A stretch of DNA of 64,000 bases from Thermoplasmata archaeon. Its GTDB lineage: Archaea > Thermoplasmatota > Thermoplasmata > Lutacidiplasmatales > UBA184. Within the stretch, counting starts at the first letter, position 1. Each line of letters begins with the position of its first letter. Shown one piece after another: positions 28,697 through 37,294 of this stretch. Where the stretch lies: assembly GCA_030038605.1 (NCBI GenBank), contig JASHSU010000152.1:285-64284 (forward strand), in the 5' to 3' direction. A program made the translations under genes and the position numbers. The notes under the pieces are model-generated. The model made no database searches. It had not been told where the DNA came from and saw only the letters and a list, made by a program, of their open reading frames with translations.

Positions 28697-28771
28697 TGCT
28701 CCCGGCGGGATTCGAACCCGCGTTACGGCGTCGAAGGCGCCGAATCCTTGACCGGACTAGACTACGGGAGC
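28697..28771 (-). tRNA. tRNA-Glu(TTC)
   Basis: Cloverleaf: GCTCCCG acceptor stem, CGGCG/CGCCG anticodon stem with loop CCTTCGA, GCGGG-TTCGAAT-CCCGC T arm; CCA not encoded. Confidence 0.9.
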
Positions 28772-28834
28772 GCGCGTCGTCCGTCCCCGGACGGATTCTC
28801 GGACCCGGCTAATGAGCTTTGGCGTACCGGCGCC

Positions 28835-29560
28835 TCAGGACGGGGGCGACTTCGCATCGGTCCACCCGTGACGGTGGACGACTTCGGGAAAGTACTCGGG
28901 TCGCCGTTCGCCGGTGATGGCGTAGACCGCCTTCTCCGCGATCTTGCACGCGTTGTCGCCCACCCGTTCCAGGTGGCGGCCGGCGAGCAGGGCGAGGGCC
29001 AGTCGCTCGGTGGAAAGTCCGCCCTTCCGGAGTAGCTCGATGAGGAGTTTCTGCAGCTCCTGATGGATCGCATCGACGTCGTCGTCCATCGCGAAGATCG
29101 ACTTTGCCACGGTGGCGTCGCCCCGGAGGAAGGCGGCGACCGCCTGCTCGACCATCGCCCGGGTCTGGCGGTCCATCTCCCGGAGCAACTCGGCCGGCTT
29201 CGGGTCGGGAATGGGGGGTGAGTCGCGGAGGTTGAGCGCGAGGTCGTAGCCGAGCCGACCGACCCGGTCGATGCAGTTGGCGATCTTGAGGACGGCACCG
29301 AGGGTGCGGAGGTCGCCTCCCTCGGGCTGATACTTCGCGATCAGGTGCATCGTCTCCGTCTCGATCTCGTTGTCGAACCGGTCGAGCTGGGGGTCCTCGG
29401 CGACCACGGTCTCCATCCGGGCCCGGTCGGAGTCGAGCATGGCGACGGTCCCGTCCCGGACCATGCTGACCGCCAACGCGGACATCGCCGACACGTGGGC
29501 CTTGAGCCGTGCGATCGCCTTGTCCGACATGCTCTGCTCGCCGCTGGTACCGCTCGTCAT
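28835..29560 (-). CDS. phoU: Phosphate signalling/transport regulator PhoU
   Basis: QPEGGDLR...IDRVG and HLERVGDNACKIAE repeats; coupled to pstB. Confidence 0.93.
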   Translation of the reverse strand: MTSGTSGEQSMSDKAIARLKAHVSAMSALAVSMVRDGTVAMLDSDRARMETVVAEDPQLDRFDNEIETETMHLIAKYQPEGGDLRTLGAVLKIANCIDRVGRLGYDLALNLRDSPPIPDPKPAELLREMDRQTRAMVEQAVAAFLRGDATVAKSIFAMDDDVDAIHQELQKLLIELLRKGGLSTERLALALLAGRHLERVGDNACKIAEKAVYAITGERRPEYFPEVVHRHGWTDAKSPPS

Positions 29561-30333
29561 CCGAACCTCCCCGTGATGAACTGCTGGGTGAGCGGGTCCT
29601 TGGGCCGCTCGAGGATGTCGTCGGTGGGACCGACCTCCACGAGATGACCGGAGTGCAAGAATGCGACGCGGTCCGATACGCGGGCCGCCTGGCCGACGTT
29701 GTGCGTCACGAGGACCATGACGATCTCCTCGCTCAACCGTTCCATCGTCGCTTCGACCCGCTGGGTGGCGGCCGGGTCCAGCGCGGAGGTCGGTTCGTCC
29801 AGCAGCAGGACCTTGGGCCGCACCGCGAGCGCCCGGGCGATGCACAGACGCTGCTGCTGACCCCCCGAGAGGGAGAGGGCCGACCGGTCCAGGTCGTCCT
29901 TCACTTCGTCCCAGAGTCCGGACCGTTGCAGCGCCTCCGTCACCGCGCTGTCGACGGCGTCCTCCGCCTCGTGGACGATGCGCAGGCCGAACGCCGCGTT
30001 CTCGAAGATCGACATCGGAAACACCGTCGGGCGCTGGAAGACCATCCCGATCCTCCGCCGGACGAGGACGGGGTTGACGCCCCGGCCGTAGATGTCCTGC
30101 CCCAGGTAGAGGACGGACCCTTCGACCCGGATCCCGGGCGTGAGCTCGCTCATCCGGTTGAGCGTCCGGACGAACGTCGTCTTCCCGCACCCGGAGGGAC
30201 CGACCACCGCCGTGAGGCTCCGCGGAGGGAACTCGAGCGAGACGTCGCTCAGGATCTTCTTCTCCTTCGCCACGACGCTCAGGTGCTGGACCGACAGGAC
30301 GGTGCCGTCCGCGGCCGGTGCGGGGCTGCTCAC
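29557..30333 (-). CDS. pstB: Phosphate ABC transporter ATPase
   Basis: GPSGCGKTT, LSGGQQQRLCIARAL, LLLDEPTSALDP. Confidence 0.96.
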   Translation of the reverse strand: MSSPAPAADGTVLSVQHLSVVAKEKKILSDVSLEFPPRSLTAVVGPSGCGKTTFVRTLNRMSELTPGIRVEGSVLYLGQDIYGRGVNPVLVRRRIGMVFQRPTVFPMSIFENAAFGLRIVHEAEDAVDSAVTEALQRSGLWDEVKDDLDRSALSLSGGQQQRLCIARALAVRPKVLLLDEPTSALDPAATQRVEATMERLSEEIVMVLVTHNVGQAARVSDRVAFLHSGHLVEVGPTDDILERPKDPLTQQFITGRFG

Positions 30334-31241
30334 TGGAACAACCCCTCCAACCGGCGCTGATACCGCGCCGCGATGACGCGTACCACGACGTTGAGAGCGA
30401 TCACGACCACCAACAGGACGAACGCTGCCTGGAATGCGAGGACGAAGAACGGAGAGCCATTGCCCTGATTAAAGCCCGCCCAGATGAGGGACGTCATGAA
30501 CGTCACGGGCGAGGTCAGACTGTCGGGCGCCAGCCGCCCGGCGGTCGTCGTCATGACGATCGGTGCCGTCTCGCCGACCCCGATCGCCATCGCCAGGAAG
30601 ATGCCCGTGAGCACCTGCGGCAGCGCGATGGGCGTGGCGATCCGCAGGATGTACTGGGACGGCCCGGCTCCCGACCCCAGGGCCGCCTCCCGGATATGGC
30701 GGGGGATGGAGGTGAACGCGAGGTCGGCGGTCCGGAAGATGTACGGCGTCATGAAGATCGACAGGGTCACCGCGCCCGCGATGAGCGAGAGGCCCCAGCC
30801 GAACGTGATGACGAAGACGAAGAACCCGAAGAATCCGATGATGACGGACGGGGTGCCGACGAGCATGTTCGCCGTCATCCGGATGTAGCTGGCCACGCGG
30901 TCCGGCAGGAGTTCGGCGGTCGCGATGCCCCCGAACAGGCCGAGGGCGACCGAGAAGACGGTCGCCAGCGCCATCAGTTCGAACGTCCCGATGATCGGTA
31001 CGCCGAGCTGGTCGGTGGCGTAGGGACTCGTCCCCGTGAGGATCGTCCAGCTGAGGGTGGGCAGGGCCTTGGTGGAGACCCAGTAGACCATCCCCAGGAT
31101 CGGGATGATCGCCACGAGGAAGAGCAACGGGAGAAGGCGTCCGATCCACTGGTCGAAGCCGATCCGCCACCGGGTGCGGATCGACCGGTCGAACAGGATG
31201 TTGTCGTCCGTGCCCGCGATGGACGGAAGGGGATGCGCCAT
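30330..31241 (-). CDS. pstA: Phosphate ABC transporter permease PstA
   Basis: REAALGSGA EAA loop, GETAPI. Confidence 0.93.
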   Translation of the reverse strand: MAHPLPSIAGTDDNILFDRSIRTRWRIGFDQWIGRLLPLLFLVAIIPILGMVYWVSTKALPTLSWTILTGTSPYATDQLGVPIIGTFELMALATVFSVALGLFGGIATAELLPDRVASYIRMTANMLVGTPSVIIGFFGFFVFVITFGWGLSLIAGAVTLSIFMTPYIFRTADLAFTSIPRHIREAALGSGAGPSQYILRIATPIALPQVLTGIFLAMAIGVGETAPIVMTTTAGRLAPDSLTSPVTFMTSLIWAGFNQGNGSPFFVLAFQAAFVLLVVVIALNVVVRVIAARYQRRLEGLFQ

Positions 31242-31247
31242 GACCGC

Positions 31248-32249
31248 CTACAACCCCGAGATCTGTTCGGTCAGCAACGACGAGATCAGGCGGCGTCCCA
31301 GGATGTTGACGATGAGGCTGATGGCCAGCAGCAACAGCGCGATCTCGGCGAGCGCCTCGAGCAGGCCCGGCGTGACGAGGGCCGCGTCCGAGTTCTGGAA
31401 GATGATCGCCGACATCGTGTCGGTCGTGTCGAAGACGCTGGTCGGGAAGCTCGCGACCGAGCCGATCACCATCGCGACGGCGACCGTCTCGCCGAAGGCA
31501 CGGCCGAAGCCGAGGAAACCGGCGCTCAGGATGCCTCGGTGGCTGTAGGGGATCGCCACGCGACGCATCACCTCCCACCGGGTCGCCCCCAGGGCGAGCC
31601 CGCTTTCCCAGAGGTCCTTCGGGACGGAGTGGAGGGCGTCCCGGATCAGCAGCGTCGTGATCGGGAGCGCCATCAGCGTCAGGAGGATCACGGCGAGCGG
31701 CAGGCCCTGTCCGGTCTGGAGAATGCGGGCGCCGCTGAAGCCGGGGAGGAATCCCAGGTGCTGGGCGACCCACGGGTTGAGCGTCAACCCCAGGTACGGT
31801 CCGACGACGACGAAGCCCCAGATGCCGTAGACAACGCTCGGGATCCCTGCGAGCAGGTCGACGAACGGGTCCAGGAAGCGGGTCGCGAGCTTCGGCAGGT
31901 ACGTCGTGGAGGCGATCCCGATGCCGAGCCCGATCAGGATGGCCAGGATGATCGCCGGCAGCGCCGTGAGGAACGAGCCGACGACGAACACGCCGATCCC
32001 CCATTGAGGCGGGGAGGCGGTGTAGTCCCAGTTCGAGCCGAAGAATCCGGGGAAGGCGGTCAGGTTGCTCGCCTTGAGGAGCTCGATCACGATGGCGACG
32101 ACGATGGCCGCCGGTACCAGCGCCGGCAGGTAGGAGAAGAACCGGACCACCCAGGTCCGCGCGGGTACGCGGCCGCGGTCCGGGGAGGGAGAAGTGGGAG
32201 GAAGTGGTTCCCGGCCCCCGTCACTCCCGGGGGCCGGTTCGGGGCTCAC
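31248..32249 (-). CDS. pstC: Phosphate ABC transporter permease PstC
   Basis: LLAGIPSVVYGIWG, ALGATRWE, GRAFGETVAV. Confidence 0.94.
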   Translation of the reverse strand: MSPEPAPGSDGGREPLPPTSPSPDRGRVPARTWVVRFFSYLPALVPAAIVVAIVIELLKASNLTAFPGFFGSNWDYTASPPQWGIGVFVVGSFLTALPAIILAILIGLGIGIASTTYLPKLATRFLDPFVDLLAGIPSVVYGIWGFVVVGPYLGLTLNPWVAQHLGFLPGFSGARILQTGQGLPLAVILLTLMALPITTLLIRDALHSVPKDLWESGLALGATRWEVMRRVAIPYSHRGILSAGFLGFGRAFGETVAVAMVIGSVASFPTSVFDTTDTMSAIIFQNSDAALVTPGLLEALAEIALLLLAISLIVNILGRRLISSLLTEQISGL

Positions 32250-32280
32250 GGTACTCTCTGAGGTTCCCGAGGAGGTCCGC

Positions 32281-33549
32281 CTAGGTGGCGACCGTCCCGA
32301 GCTCCTGCATGTCGTACCCGGCGACCTCGGGGGTCAGGGGCACGAACCCGATCGGGTTGAGGTAGGCCGCGGCGTTACCGTACGAGATCGCCCACTGGAG
32401 GAACTGGACGATGGCCTTCGAGTTCGTCTGGGCCGTCGTCTTGATCAGCGTGTACTCCAGGTTGGAGATCGGGTAGGGCGTGGTGCCCGCGAGCGGGGTC
32501 GTTCCGCCGCCGCCGGTCTTCAAGGTGATCGCCCCGTACGGGCTGCCGCCCAGGATGAGGCTCACCGCGAGGCCGTAGGTGGCGAAGTTGAGGTGCGTCA
32601 GTCCCAGGTTCGCATCCGCCGAGACGTTGGCGGCGCTCCACAGGACGTAGTTCGAGGGGTTGACGCCGCCCGACGCGCTCAGCGAGTTGTTGTCGCCGAG
32701 AGCCGCGTAGTTGAGGCCGGTCCCCGAGACCTTGCTCATGTAGCTGATCCCGATGTAGGCGATCGCGCCGACCTGTCCCTCGACGCCGGTGACCATGCCC
32801 GAGTTGCCCGTGTCGAAGGCGATGTGGGGCGGGGCCTTGTCGGTCGAGAGGTTGGCGTTGCCGACACCGAACGTCCAGCCGGACCAGGACATGTCGCAGT
32901 ACGAGGTGAACAGGAACGTGTCACCGCTCGAGTCACCGCGCGCCAGGACGTAGATCGACTGGCTGGAGAGGGCGTTCAGGGCCGACTGCTGGGCGGACGT
33001 CTGGGCCGCCAGGATCAGCGGGTTGTTCCACGAGGTGATGACGCCACTGTAGATCATCGCGAGGATCGTGCCGTTCAGGTTCAGGTGGCCCGGCACGCCG
33101 GGCAGGTTGTACCAGATCAGCTGCGAGGAGATCGCGACCGGGACGTTCACCAGGCTGGAGGCGCTGGCGTTCGCCAGGTAGCCGTCCGACGCCCCGATGT
33201 TGATGAGTCCCTGCTCCGCGTACGACTGTCCCGTGCCGCTGCCCGTGGAGGCCGGCGACAGGACGACGTTGGGCTGGTAGCTCGTGTAGTTGGGGCCCCA
33301 CGATTCCATGAGCGGGTAGAGCAGGCTCGACCCGGTCTCGGTGATCGTGGTCGTCGAGGTCGAGGTCGTGCTCTTGTTGAGGTACGTCCCGAGGAGGTAC
33401 CCGCCGCCGAGACCGACCAGGAGCAGGACGATCGCCACGGCGATCGCCACACCCGAGCTCATCGTCCCCGAGCGCTTCCGGCTCGGGGTCGAGATCGACT
33501 CGTTCGAAGGGGTTGAGGTCGTCGTTCCGCTAGGGTTCTGTGTGCTCAT
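32281..33549 (-). CDS. pstS: Phosphate-binding protein PstS with N-terminal membrane anchor
   Basis: TGSSLLYP, TGSGTG, IGASD, RGDSSGDTF. Confidence 0.94.
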   Translation of the reverse strand: MSTQNPSGTTTSTPSNESISTPSRKRSGTMSSGVAIAVAIVLLLVGLGGGYLLGTYLNKSTTSTSTTTITETGSSLLYPLMESWGPNYTSYQPNVVLSPASTGSGTGQSYAEQGLINIGASDGYLANASASSLVNVPVAISSQLIWYNLPGVPGHLNLNGTILAMIYSGVITSWNNPLILAAQTSAQQSALNALSSQSIYVLARGDSSGDTFLFTSYCDMSWSGWTFGVGNANLSTDKAPPHIAFDTGNSGMVTGVEGQVGAIAYIGISYMSKVSGTGLNYAALGDNNSLSASGGVNPSNYVLWSAANVSADANLGLTHLNFATYGLAVSLILGGSPYGAITLKTGGGGTTPLAGTTPYPISNLEYTLIKTTAQTNSKAIVQFLQWAISYGNAAAYLNPIGFVPLTPEVAGYDMQELGTVAT

Positions 33550-33650
33550 TTCGCTTCACCGCGTCCGTTCGTTCTACGACGACGCACCCACTTCGAGGTC
33601 GACCCTCGAGGTCGGGGCCATCATCGGTGCGCGGACCCGGGCGACGGAGA

Positions 33651-33707
33651 TATAGGAAACGAAGGTAGAATCTATAGTGCGCTATAGGGGCCTCATAGCG
33701 GCCCATA
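33651..33707 (-). promoter_or_regulatory. Candidate phosphate-regulon operator/promoter upstream of pstS
   Basis: (C/T)ATAG-like pentamers at about 10-bp spacing, including the near-palindrome CTATAGTGCGCTATAG (33672-33687). Confidence 0.45.
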
Positions 33708-33735
33708 TGCGACCGAGTCGCACGCACGCACCGAG

Positions 33736-34596
33736 GTGACCTTCTCGGGGTGCGTCCGTCAAGAACCGAGGAGGCGTGGTGCGATCACGACGCGATACCT
33801 GATCCGGTTCGGCTACGACGGCCAGGGATTTTCCGGGTGGGCCCGACAACCAGGACACCGAACGGTCGAGGGTGAGCTCCGGCGGGGTCTCACCCGGCTC
33901 GGAGTGGCCCGCCCCCCGACCCACGGCGCGCTGGAGGTCGCGAGCCGGACGGACCGCGGCGTGAGCGCTCGCGCGAACGCGCTGGGGCTGACCAGCGACC
34001 TGGCCGGCCCGGCCCTGCTCCGCGCCCTCAACGGCATCGACCCGTCGCTCTGGTTCACGGCGCTCCGGTCCGTCCCGGAGGGGTTCCCGGTCCGGCGTGC
34101 GGTCCGCCGCGTCTACCGGTATTTCGAACCGCCCGACCAACGCTCGCACGAGGCCTCCCGTGCGGCGGCGCGCCTCTTCCTCGGGGAGGTCGATGTCGGT
34201 TCCTTCGGTCGCGGTCTACCTCGGTCCGGCCCGGTCCTCCGCACGCTCGAGTCGGTCGAGATCGCCACCGAGCCCGACGGGGGACGGACGATCGAGGTGC
34301 GAGCTCCGGGGTTCGTCTGGGGCGAGGTGCGCAAGATCGTCGCCGCGCTCCGGGAGGTCGACGCGGGCCGGCTCACCGAGCGGCAGCTGCGCCAAAGCCT
34401 GGCGGGGGACGTTCGCCTGACCCTGCCGATGGCCGAACCGGAAGCGCTCGTGCTCTGGGAGGTCGAGTACGCCGACCCGTGGGTCCACTTCTGGACCGGG
34501 CCCAACCGGCGACAGGCGGCGCGGGTCGCCGAGGAGCGGGGGCGCTGGTGGGGCCGCTCCCGATGGCTGGGCGAGTTCGGTGGCGGGGCCGACTAG
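33736..34596 (+). CDS. truA: tRNA pseudouridine(38-40) synthase
   Basis: FGYDGQGFSGWARQP..RTVEG, ASRTDRGVSA; start uncertain. Confidence 0.92.
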   Translation: MTFSGCVRQEPRRRGAITTRYLIRFGYDGQGFSGWARQPGHRTVEGELRRGLTRLGVARPPTHGALEVASRTDRGVSARANALGLTSDLAGPALLRALNGIDPSLWFTALRSVPEGFPVRRAVRRVYRYFEPPDQRSHEASRAAARLFLGEVDVGSFGRGLPRSGPVLRTLESVEIATEPDGGRTIEVRAPGFVWGEVRKIVAALREVDAGRLTERQLRQSLAGDVRLTLPMAEPEALVLWEVEYADPWVHFWTGPNRRQAARVAEERGRWWGRSRWLGEFGGGAD

Positions 34597-35897
34597 CCGA
34601 CCCGTTCCCAGCGCTCGAGCTTCTGAACGGTCCCGAGCGTGGACCCCCGCTGGATCTCCTCGCGGACACGGTTCTCGTGTTCCAAGACGTCCAGCGCTCG
34701 GTTCGCGATCTCCGCGGCCCGTTCCCGCGGCACGACGACCACGCCGCTCAGGTCGCCGACGACCCAGTCGCCGGGCCGGACCCGCTGACCGCCGACGACG
34801 ACCTCGACGCCGATCTCCCCGTGGCCCTTCGGCTCGCCCGCGTCGGAGCTCACGTTGCGGCTGAAGAGCGGGAAGCCGAGCTCGAGGATCGCGTCCACGT
34901 CGCGGGCGGCCCCATCGATGACAACGCCGGCGATGCCGCGTCCGTGGGCGCTCCAACTGGCCAGCTCGCCCCAGATGGCGGTCGGGCCGCCCCCCGCATC
35001 GACCACGATCACGTCGCCCGGGCCGGCCCGGTCGATCGCCTCCACGGGCTTGGCCCAGTCCCCGTCCCGGGTCACGACGGTGACGGCCGGGCCCGCGATG
35101 CGGACGGTCGGGCTCTTCAATCGAGCGACGATCCCGTGCATCGCGCCGCGGCGCTGGAGGGCGTCGGTCACGTTCGGGCTAGAGACCTTGAGGAACGCCT
35201 CCCGAATCTCCGCCCCCGCGTACCGCCGGAAGTGCTCGGTCGTGACCTCGCGTCCCGTGTCGATCGCCTGACGGATCGCCCGGGTGGCTTCCGTGACCTT
35301 GGGGCTCTTGGTGATCGCCCCACCCACGATGAGGATCCGGGCCCCGGCTCGAACCGCCGCGGCGGCCGTCTCGGAGTTGAGGCCCCCGGCGACCGCGACC
35401 GGGATCGGGGAGGCCTTCACGAGGTCGGCGAGCACGTCGAACGGGGTCCGACCCTGCATCTGCATGTCGATGCCGATGTGCCAGCAGACCGCGGCGGCGC
35501 CCAGCTCCGCCACGCGGCGCGCGCGGGCGATCGGGTCGGCCACGCCGAGCAGGTCGACGACGACTTCCGCCCCGTAGAGTTCTCCGCCCCGTACCCCGTC
35601 CGCGATGGTGTCGTCGTCCGCGGCGCCCAGGATCGTGACCAGGTCCGCCCCGGCCTTCGCGGCGATCTCGACCTCGAAGGCCCCGGTATCCATCACCTTC
35701 AGGTCGGCGACGATCCGGTGCGCCGGGAACGCTTTCTTGAGCTCGCGGACCGCGTCCAGCCCTTCGCTCTTGATGAGCGGCGTACCGGCTTCGACCCAGT
35801 CCGCGCCGCCCTCGACCGCCTCCCGGGCCGCCAGGAGCGCCCGGGACAGGTTCTCGAAGTCCAGGGCGACCTGCAGGACCGGCTGATCCAGCCGCAT
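34593..35897 (-). CDS. hps: 3-hexulose-6-phosphate synthase fused to RraA/MenG-like domain
   Basis: LQVALD, EAGTPLIK, VADLKVMDTG; C-terminal SSPNVTDAL, AIWGEL, DGAARD, VGDLSGVVVVP. Confidence 0.9.
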   Translation of the reverse strand: MRLDQPVLQVALDFENLSRALLAAREAVEGGADWVEAGTPLIKSEGLDAVRELKKAFPAHRIVADLKVMDTGAFEVEIAAKAGADLVTILGAADDDTIADGVRGGELYGAEVVVDLLGVADPIARARRVAELGAAAVCWHIGIDMQMQGRTPFDVLADLVKASPIPVAVAGGLNSETAAAAVRAGARILIVGGAITKSPKVTEATRAIRQAIDTGREVTTEHFRRYAGAEIREAFLKVSSPNVTDALQRRGAMHGIVARLKSPTVRIAGPAVTVVTRDGDWAKPVEAIDRAGPGDVIVVDAGGGPTAIWGELASWSAHGRGIAGVVIDGAARDVDAILELGFPLFSRNVSSDAGEPKGHGEIGVEVVVGGQRVRPGDWVVGDLSGVVVVPRERAAEIANRALDVLEHENRVREEIQRGSTLGTVQKLERWERVG

Positions 35898-35946
35898 CGC
35901 CGCAACGAGGGGGGTCCGCTATTAACGGGTTCCCGGTCGGCGGCCC

Positions 35947-36831
35947 GTGCCGGCGCGCCGGGCGACGCAGGTCCGCCTCATTTACGGCGATGCCCGCTCG
36001 ATGCCGACCGTCCCGGACCGGTCGGTCCACCTGGTCGTCACGTCCCCGCCGTACCCTATGATCCCTCAGTGGGACCACCTCTGGAAGGAACTGGGCGCCA
36101 CGGAGTACGCGGGCATGCACGACGTCCTCGAGCTCGCTTGGGCCGAGTGCCGCCGGGTCCTCGTGGACGGGGGCCTCCTGGCGGTCGTCATCGGCGATGC
36201 CCTGCGCTCCGACCGGTCCGGCTTCGCCCTGTGGCCGAACCACGCCGAGACCCTGGTCCGCGTCGCACGACAGGGGCTCCGACCCCTGCCGTACATTCTC
36301 TGGAAAAAGCCGACCAACAAACCGAACGCGTTCCTGGGGAGCGGCTTCCTTCCTCCCAACGCCTACGTCACGCTGGACTGCGAGTACATCCTGCTGTTCC
36401 GGAACGGCCGCCTGCGCCGCTTCCCGCCGCACGACCCGGCCCGGTCGGCCAGCCGGTTCACGCGGGACGAACGCGACCACTGGTTCAGCCAGGTCTGGGA
36501 GGACGTCCGGGGAGCACCCCAGCGGCGCGGCTCAGGCCGGTCGGGCGCCTTTCCGGCGGAGATCCCGCGTCGGCTCATCCGCATGTTCTCGGTGATCGGG
36601 GACACGGTCCTCGACCCGTTCGCCGGCACGGGGACGACCGTGCGGACGGCATGGGAGCTCGGCCGCAGCGCGGTCGGCGTGGAGATCGACCGTGCGGTCT
36701 ACGACGACCTGGTCCGAACGTCGTGGCGACTCGGGCCGTCGCCCGGACGGGCCGACGGCGTCAGGGGTCCGGCGCGACGGTCCGGCGCGGGTCGGTCGCC
36801 GGGGTCGGCGGCCGTTCGGTCCGGTGCGTGA
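35947..36831 (+). CDS. Orphan beta-class DNA methyltransferase (probably N4-cytosine)
   Basis: Catalytic VVTSPPY precedes the SAM motif LDPFAGTGT. Confidence 0.88.
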   Translation: MPARRATQVRLIYGDARSMPTVPDRSVHLVVTSPPYPMIPQWDHLWKELGATEYAGMHDVLELAWAECRRVLVDGGLLAVVIGDALRSDRSGFALWPNHAETLVRVARQGLRPLPYILWKKPTNKPNAFLGSGFLPPNAYVTLDCEYILLFRNGRLRRFPPHDPARSASRFTRDERDHWFSQVWEDVRGAPQRRGSGRSGAFPAEIPRRLIRMFSVIGDTVLDPFAGTGTTVRTAWELGRSAVGVEIDRAVYDDLVRTSWRLGPSPGRADGVRGPARRSGAGRSPGSAAVRSGA

Positions 36832-37270
36832 GCTCCTCGTCGATCGCGGTCCGAAGGTACCGGAGGGCCGAGTCGCCGAGCCGGTCCATGTGCAGGAGGA
36901 GATAGTGGAGGTAGATCCGTTCCGGACGGTGGAGCGGACTCATCGAGGGTACCGCCGTGGGCGTCGCGTGCCGCGCGAGGGTCTCCTGATGGTGCTCGTA
37001 CCGCCGCCCGTGGACCTCGCGACCCGTCGGGCCGACCAGGGGCGGAGAGAATCGGTCGACCGGGTCGTACGGAGGGTCGGTCGCGGTGCCCGCGGTCGGG
37101 CGAGGCCCGGGGGATCGCGGCGCGAGGCGCCCGGCGAGGTACGGGTGGACGGGCTTCTCCGGATCCTGGAGGTCCTCGACCGGCCGGCCGGCGACGTCCT
37201 CCACGATCGTCTTGAGGCTCCAGCTCGTGCGCCGACGAGCGGGCCCTTCGGCCGTTGCTTCCGCGGCCAC
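36761..37270 (-). CDS. Hypothetical protein
   Basis: ORF with helical C-terminus ERIYLHYLLLHMDRL; TTTATG box about 28 nt upstream. Confidence 0.55.
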   Translation of the reverse strand: MAAEATAEGPARRRTSWSLKTIVEDVAGRPVEDLQDPEKPVHPYLAGRLAPRSPGPRPTAGTATDPPYDPVDRFSPPLVGPTGREVHGRRYEHHQETLARHATPTAVPSMSPLHRPERIYLHYLLLHMDRLGDSALRYLRTAIDEELTHRTERPPTPATDPRRTVAPDP

Positions 37271-37294
37271 GCCGGGACCCCGGCGGACCGGGCC

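Noticed and set aside
34593-35897. HPS-RraA fusion as a novelty
   Set aside because: This fusion is already well known in archaea
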